A stretch of DNA of 64,000 bases, from contig OZ218952.1 of NCBI GenBank assembly GCA_965112735.1, positions 1,736,001 through 1,800,000 on the forward strand, read 5' to 3'. The position numbers and the translations under genes are program-made. Positions 58,494 to 64,000 of the stretch are shown piece after piece. Every line of letters starts with the position of its first letter. The first letter of the stretch is position 1. Under the pieces are notes generated by a model. That model was given only the letters and a program-made list of their open reading frames with translations. It was not told the DNA's origin and made no database searches. The DNA is from Phaeosaccion multiseriatum (Eukaryota > Protista > Ochrophyta, other classes).

Positions 58494-61376
58494 ATGGATG
58501 GATGGATGGATGGATGGATGGATGGATGGATGGATGGATGGATGGATGGATGGTTTGATTGCCCTCGATGTGCAGGTACGGAGCCGTCTGCGAAGATTGG
58601 CAACGTTCGCCCCTGCCCGCCTCCGCGGCCTGCGAAACAAGAAGGTCAACAAAAGCAAAAGCAGCCCCTCTCCTCCACCCCCCCCGGGAAATGGAACCCT
58701 TTGTCGGGGCTCCCCTCGGGGCTTGGACGCGAGCGTGAGCTCCCAAGACGTGCTGCGATTGATGCGCGAGGACGACAACTTCCTCATGTTCCTTCCTCAC
58801 GTGGAGCTCGTGCTGCTGCTCTTCTTCTTCCAGGGAGCCGTCACCGCACAGGTCAGCGGAGGAGGGGAGGGGAGGAGAGGAAGAGGGAGTGGGACGGACG
58901 GACGGACGGACGGACGGACGGACGGAGGGAGGGAGGGAGGGAGGGAGGGAGGGAGGGAGGGAGGGAGGGAGGGAGCTGTCAGTCTTTCACCCCTCTGGAG
59001 GTCTCTTATCAGTCAAAAGAAGAAGAGGGGAGGGAACCTCTGGGGCCATATGGGGAGAGAAGACGGAGGAGGACGAAGGGCTGTGTCTGTGACTATACGT
59101 CAGAGTGCCCCACCCACCCCATCATCGCCGTCGTCCACGCAGGGCCTGACTGCTTTACACTGCCCCTCATCTCTCATCCAAACTCAAACTCACACTCAGA
59201 CCCTCCATCCCTCATCCAACACTCAAACTCAAACCCGCCCGTATATGCCTACCATAGGCCTCTGCCATGTCCGTTGTGGGTGCGTGTCCCTCAATGGGTA
59301 TCCTTGGCGCCGCTTCCTTTGTGCTCTACCCGTGTGCTCTCATGTACTACGTGTTGACGGTTATTCAACGCAAGGTGAGGGGTGAGGGGTGAGGGGTGGC
59401 TGCTTCATAAGATGGTATGAATCAAAGTGCCCAGAGGCTCTTCCTGTGTGTGTGTGTGTTTGGAGCTCTCCGCGCCGGTGACATGTGTATACGTATGTGA
59501 TACGAGTGTTTCGTGCCTGGCCCAATTCTAAGCGAGAATGCTCCTCTGCCTCCCCATATGCCTCCCCATATGCCTGACCATATGCCTGTCCATATATCTT
59601 GCCGTCCCTGCGCATAACAGATTCTCTGCCGCTCGCCCGTCATCGTCTTCCACGAGCTGCCATCTAAAGTAGCGGACGACGTCGAGCAGCAGCAGTTGGT
59701 GATACAGCAGCAGGGGCAGCTTGAGCTGCGAAGCAAGCTTCGCCTTCACCAGTCCGTGCTTGTCGCCCTTCTCTCCAAGAGCACCGCTTTCTTACGCCGG
59801 TGCTGGCGCCTTGGTGTGTCGCCGCTGAACTGGTGAGTGAGGAAGACGACGAAGCTCTTGCTTGTTTGTGTGTGTTTGCCCATCGGGCCGGGGTCGGGGC
59901 GGGCGCCCAGAGAATGCAATTCGCCAAAAGCGAGCTTCGCCTATCGAGTTCCCATCCTTCAACCCCTGTGACCACCTCGTGGGCGGCGAGAAGGAGAAGA
60001 GCAATACCGAGGCGAGCCCCCCCTCTCTTATGCTCTCTCTCTCTCTCTCTCTCTCTCTGTTGCCTTGCTCCATGCATCACTCCTTACTTGTTTGCTTACT
60101 TGCTTATACTACTTGCTTACTACTTGCTTACTACTTCGCCTAGTCCTTAAAGCCCTGTTGAGCGTACCCTTACTTACTTACTTACTTTCTTACTATGCCT
60201 TCCCCACGCCATCGATGTCTACACGATATCAGCTTGACGATAGGAGAGTGGCGCTCCGTCGGTCTCGAGAGCATCGACCACCGACGGTTACGGCTGGGCT
60301 TCGAGCCTCTCTTCAGCGATTACAATCGCATGGTGAGCTGAGCAAGGCAGCGTAAGGCAGCTTAAGGAAGGCAGCATGGCAGCCAGGGGCAGAGGCCGAA
60401 GGGCAGGGGGGAAGGGCATATCGCAAAAGAGGGGCATCTTCCTTCTTGTGTCTTTTTCCTCTTCCCCGTGCCCCCCCCCGCCCTCTCCTCCTCGCCCCCT
60501 CTCTTTTCATCCCTGCCTGTGCACCCACACACTCACACACATTCACGCACACACACACACACACACTCACACACACTCACACACAGCACCTCCTTCCTCC
60601 CCATTCATGCAGGGCTGTCGATACTTGCTCTTCGTTCTCCTCCGCCAGACCGTGATGGGCCTCACTGCAGGCTTCCTTGGCGATACTTCGGAGGTGAGCG
60701 ATAGCTGACTGCCTGACTCACTCACTCAGTCACTCACTTACTCTCTCCCTTACTCACTCCTCACCACTTTCCTACCCACCCCTCTCCCGCCGCCTCCCCA
60801 TATGCCCTTTGCTGCTTCCACACACCCCACCAACCCACCTCCCATACACACACGCACCCACGCACGCACGCACCCACACACACACATCCACGCACGCACC
60901 CACACAACGAAAAAACACGTTCAAAAGGCTTCGGTGTTTATCTTCCTAGTGTGCTTCTTTCTCGAGGTCGCAGTCCTCCTATCCCTGCAACCCTTTAACA
61001 ACCTCGCGGCCACGGCGCTGGAGGCGTGTTACATGGTCTGTAACGGTTTGAGCACGGCACTCATGCTGTTGGCGCACTACTCGCCTCACCTCGGTCACGG
61101 GGCGTATCAAGGCGTGCAGGCGCTCAGCATGTTGACGCTGATGGTGAGGGACGGGAGGGAGGCAGGGAGGGAGGGAGGAAGCGAGGGAGGGAAGGAAGGA
61201 GGGAAGGAGGGAGGAAGGGAAGGGAGGTGGTGGATGCTTTCCACGGGTGCCGTATCTCCGCTGATGCATTCGATGTCAGCTGTCGCTCAACAGCGCTTCC
61301 TTCTCTTTCTTCCTCCCCTTGACGGCTTCTCGACTGCTTGCTGACGGACAGCGCCTTCTCTCTTTCTCTCTCTCTT

Positions 61377-61413
<37 letters not shown>

Positions 61414-64000
61414 TGTCTTCCTCTGTCTCCTGTGTGTGTGCAGGCGACTATTACGCTCATCTACTTGGACATTGGGGTCGCCTCTGGCAAGTCGGGGACA
61501 GAGCGGGCCAAGGTGAGAAGCACGAGACAGGACAAGACGGGGAGTGGCAGTGGATGGACAAGCGCGGGTAGAACAGGGTATATCGATGTCGATCACCATT
61601 TATAGTGTTCGATAAATTGATAAGGTCACGTCAACTCACACTGAAAACTGACCGGACAGGGGATGACAGTGGATGGGACAAGCAAGGGCAGGGCAGCCAT
61701 TAAGCACATCCGTCTGGTGTCTCTCCCTCTGCAAAGGAGGTCTCCAACTGTTTCTCCCCTTCACCCCCCCTTTGTGTCGCCTCTGCTACATGCCTTCTCC
61801 CTTACTTACATCACCATAGCGGGGCCTGATGTGGGCAGGGAGTGCTATCCAGAAGGGGTTGTGGAGAGTGGTAAGAGCAGTCCGCAACATGAAGAGACGT
61901 CTATCCTCAGTCCTCCCGGAACAGCAGGAACAGCAACAGCAGTTGGTGATACAAGAGCAACGGCAGCAGCCACGGGGTGGAGCGTATGTCTCCTTCGCCG
62001 ATGTGGAGCAGAGCATTGGCAAAGGCCATGGCACAGAGGAGCACCAGCAGCAGCAGGAGGAGGAGGGGGAGGAGACAGATCCAACAATGCCAGTATCAAC
62101 AGCAGCAACAAGAGCAGGCGGGAAGGGGGGCGGAGGCATACGGTGGGCCTTGCGGAAACTGAAACTGTGTATGCCGAGGCTAAAGCATGGCCAGGTGAGA
62201 GAGTGGGGGGGTTCCTGCAGCAGCAGCCGGTGCAGCAGTTGGTGATACAGCAGTGGCAGGGCTGCAACCATTATAAACCCCCCCCCGGCCCCCTCGTGAC
62301 AATCTCTGCCCTAAGAATGGGCGAGTAGGGCTTTATCTTGTGTCTCGAAGGACCCCTCTCTCTCTCTGACTCTCCCTCTTCCCCCCTCCTCTCCCTCTCT
62401 CCCCTCTCTCTCTGCCCATCTCAAATCACGCACATGTGCAACGCCTGTTCTGTCCTCGTTCTGGAATGAAAGTACGTGAGCATGCGGGAGGATGACGGCG
62501 AGAAGGAGAAGGAGAAGGAGCAGGAGAAGGAGAATGTGGTGCGTAGCCAGAAGCTCCTCTTTGACCTTTGGCTCCGACTCATCCAGGTAACTCTTGACCA
62601 TCAATCATCAGAGAGAGAGAGAGAGGAGAGAGACAGAATAGTAAGTCGGTGAATCTAAGGCGGAGTGCTGCAACTGAGCTTCTTGTCTCGCCCCCCCCCC
62701 CGGCCTCTTGGTGTCCTTGCACCGCAGATCAATGCCTCCCTTGCATGCCAAGTGCTCTGGGAACAAGCCTTCAGCAGCAACAGGAGCGGCGAAGGCAGCG
62801 CGAAGGCACTCTACGCACACGTGGACGACCCCTCTGGGCAGCAGCGGCGGCAGCAGCAGCAGTTGGTGATACAGCAGCAAGAGGAGGAAGAGATATATGT
62901 TTTAGGCCGTACTGCGCACGACGCGAGTAGGAAGATCGTGCTTGCCGCTCGAGCCCTCAAGACCTTCAGGCTGGCCCAGCGGAACACTGCTGAATCACCA
63001 ACTGCTGCCGCTGCTGCCGCTGCTGCTGCTCCGGAGGCTCTTGCTCCCGTTATTGCTCCTGCTGCTGCTATTGCACGTGGTGGTGGTGGTGGTGGTGGTG
63101 GTGGTGGTGGTGGTGGTGGTGATGATGAAGGTGTCGGTGGCGGCGGGGAAGACATACAAGGCATTCAAGGCAGCGAGTCCTTGGAAGCAGCAGTTGGTGA
63201 TACAGCGGCAGTCTTAGGTCCTTTGAAGCTCTCTGGTCTTGTTGTATCACCAAGTGCTGCCGCTAATGCTGCTACTGGGACGGTGTCCGGCACGAAGGCG
63301 GGGGCGGTGGAGCCAGGAGCAGCAGTAGCAAGTGGTGATACAGTAGGGCCATCCTCGGATGGTGAAGGGCTGCAGCAGCTTCGACCGAAGCAGCCGGAGA
63401 AGAGGAAACGTCGTCATCGTCGTCGTCGTCAGGACGCTGCAATGACGACGTCAGAAACAGCCGTTGGTCACACAGCAGCAGTTGGTGATACAGCAGCCGC
63501 GGTTGTTGGTGATACGACAGCAGCGGTTGGTGATACAGCAACAGTTGACCATGCAGCAGCAGCGGTTGGTGACACATCAGCAGCAGTTTGTGATACAGCA
63601 GCAACAGAAGCAAAGCTCCGCCACACAAGGTCAAAGGCCAGCACGGGAGAGGCCAAGGTGCACACGCAGACGACCAACAAGAGAGAGGAGGAGCAGCAAG
63701 ATCAGGCTCAGGCTCAGCGTCAGGGACAGGGTCAGGGTCAGGGTCAGGGTCAGGGTCAGGGTCAGGGTCAGGGTCAGGGTCAGGGTCAGGGTCAGGGTCA
63801 GGGTCAGGGTCAGGGTCAGGGTCAGGGTCAGGGTCAAGGTCAAGGTCAGACTCAAGGTGAATGTCAGGCTCAAGGTGGAGGTGAGGCTCAGGGTGAAGGT
63901 CAAGTTGAAGGTCAGGCTCAGGGTGGAGGTGAGGCTCAGGGTGAAGGTCAAGTTGAAGGTCGGGCTCAGGCTCAGAAGAAGGTGCGGAAGAAGCGCCCTC
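54445..64000 (+). CDS. Large membrane protein: signal peptide, Cys-containing PPC-like ectodomain, (APT)n stalk, multi-TM region resembling fungal TRP/PKD2-FLC type, long low-complexity tail; incomplete at window end
   Basis: [17 protein letters not shown]; [41 protein letters not shown]; [17 protein letters not shown]; [17 protein letters not shown]; SLFSDY; LLRQTVMG; LLSLQPFNN. Last exon from 62728 is open to 64000. Confidence 0.75.
58134..58553. repeat. Inverted microsatellite pair (CCAT)n ... (GGAT)n within one intron
   Basis: 58134-58294 (CCAT)n and 58405-58553 (GGAT)n are mutually complementary. Confidence 0.95.
63463..63600 (+). repeat. Coding tandem array of ~7 degenerate GTTGGTGATACA(GCA)n units (AVGDTA repeats)
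   Basis: Units at 63463, 63481, 63505, 63526, 63544, 63565, 63586. Confidence 0.9.
63721..63970 (+). repeat. Coding (CAGGGT)n hexamer, (GQ)n repeat
   Basis: Directly visible, in frame with the last exon. Confidence 0.9.

Overview
Eukaryotic, GC-rich, intron- and microsatellite-dense genomic DNA, most likely from a stramenopile/ochrophyte alga (inferred from protein similarity and an ASAF-like presequence; not proven). I built gene models by hand from GT-AG splice sites, because most long ORFs in the supplied track are repeat artefacts. About 13 genes are supported: SDR (+), unknown multi-pass membrane protein (-), divergent ammonium transporter (+), small Zn-ribbon/CaaX protein (+), RPL10A (-), secreted FN3/Kelch/P-domain protein (+), RIO2 kinase (-), PZP-ankyrin-SET methyltransferase (-), nardilysin/insulysin-like M16 protease (+), RING protein with a novel repeat (+), ankyrin protein (-), a possibly transposon-derived ORF (+) and a large receptor/TRP-like membrane protein (+, runs off the window). 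The most striking unexplained signal is a 12-bp motif, GTTGGTGATACA, mostly embedded in (GCA)n tracts. It occurs about 25 times in both orientations, in exons of five unrelated genes (read as VGDT, VSPT or LVIQ) and in introns, and behaves like a minimal mobile or templated DNA element that writes peptide. Also notable: a ~200-nt structured element duplicated in sense orientation in introns of two unrelated genes, a 110-bp MITE-like hairpin upstream of RIO2, and a hairpin cluster in an RPL10A intron.
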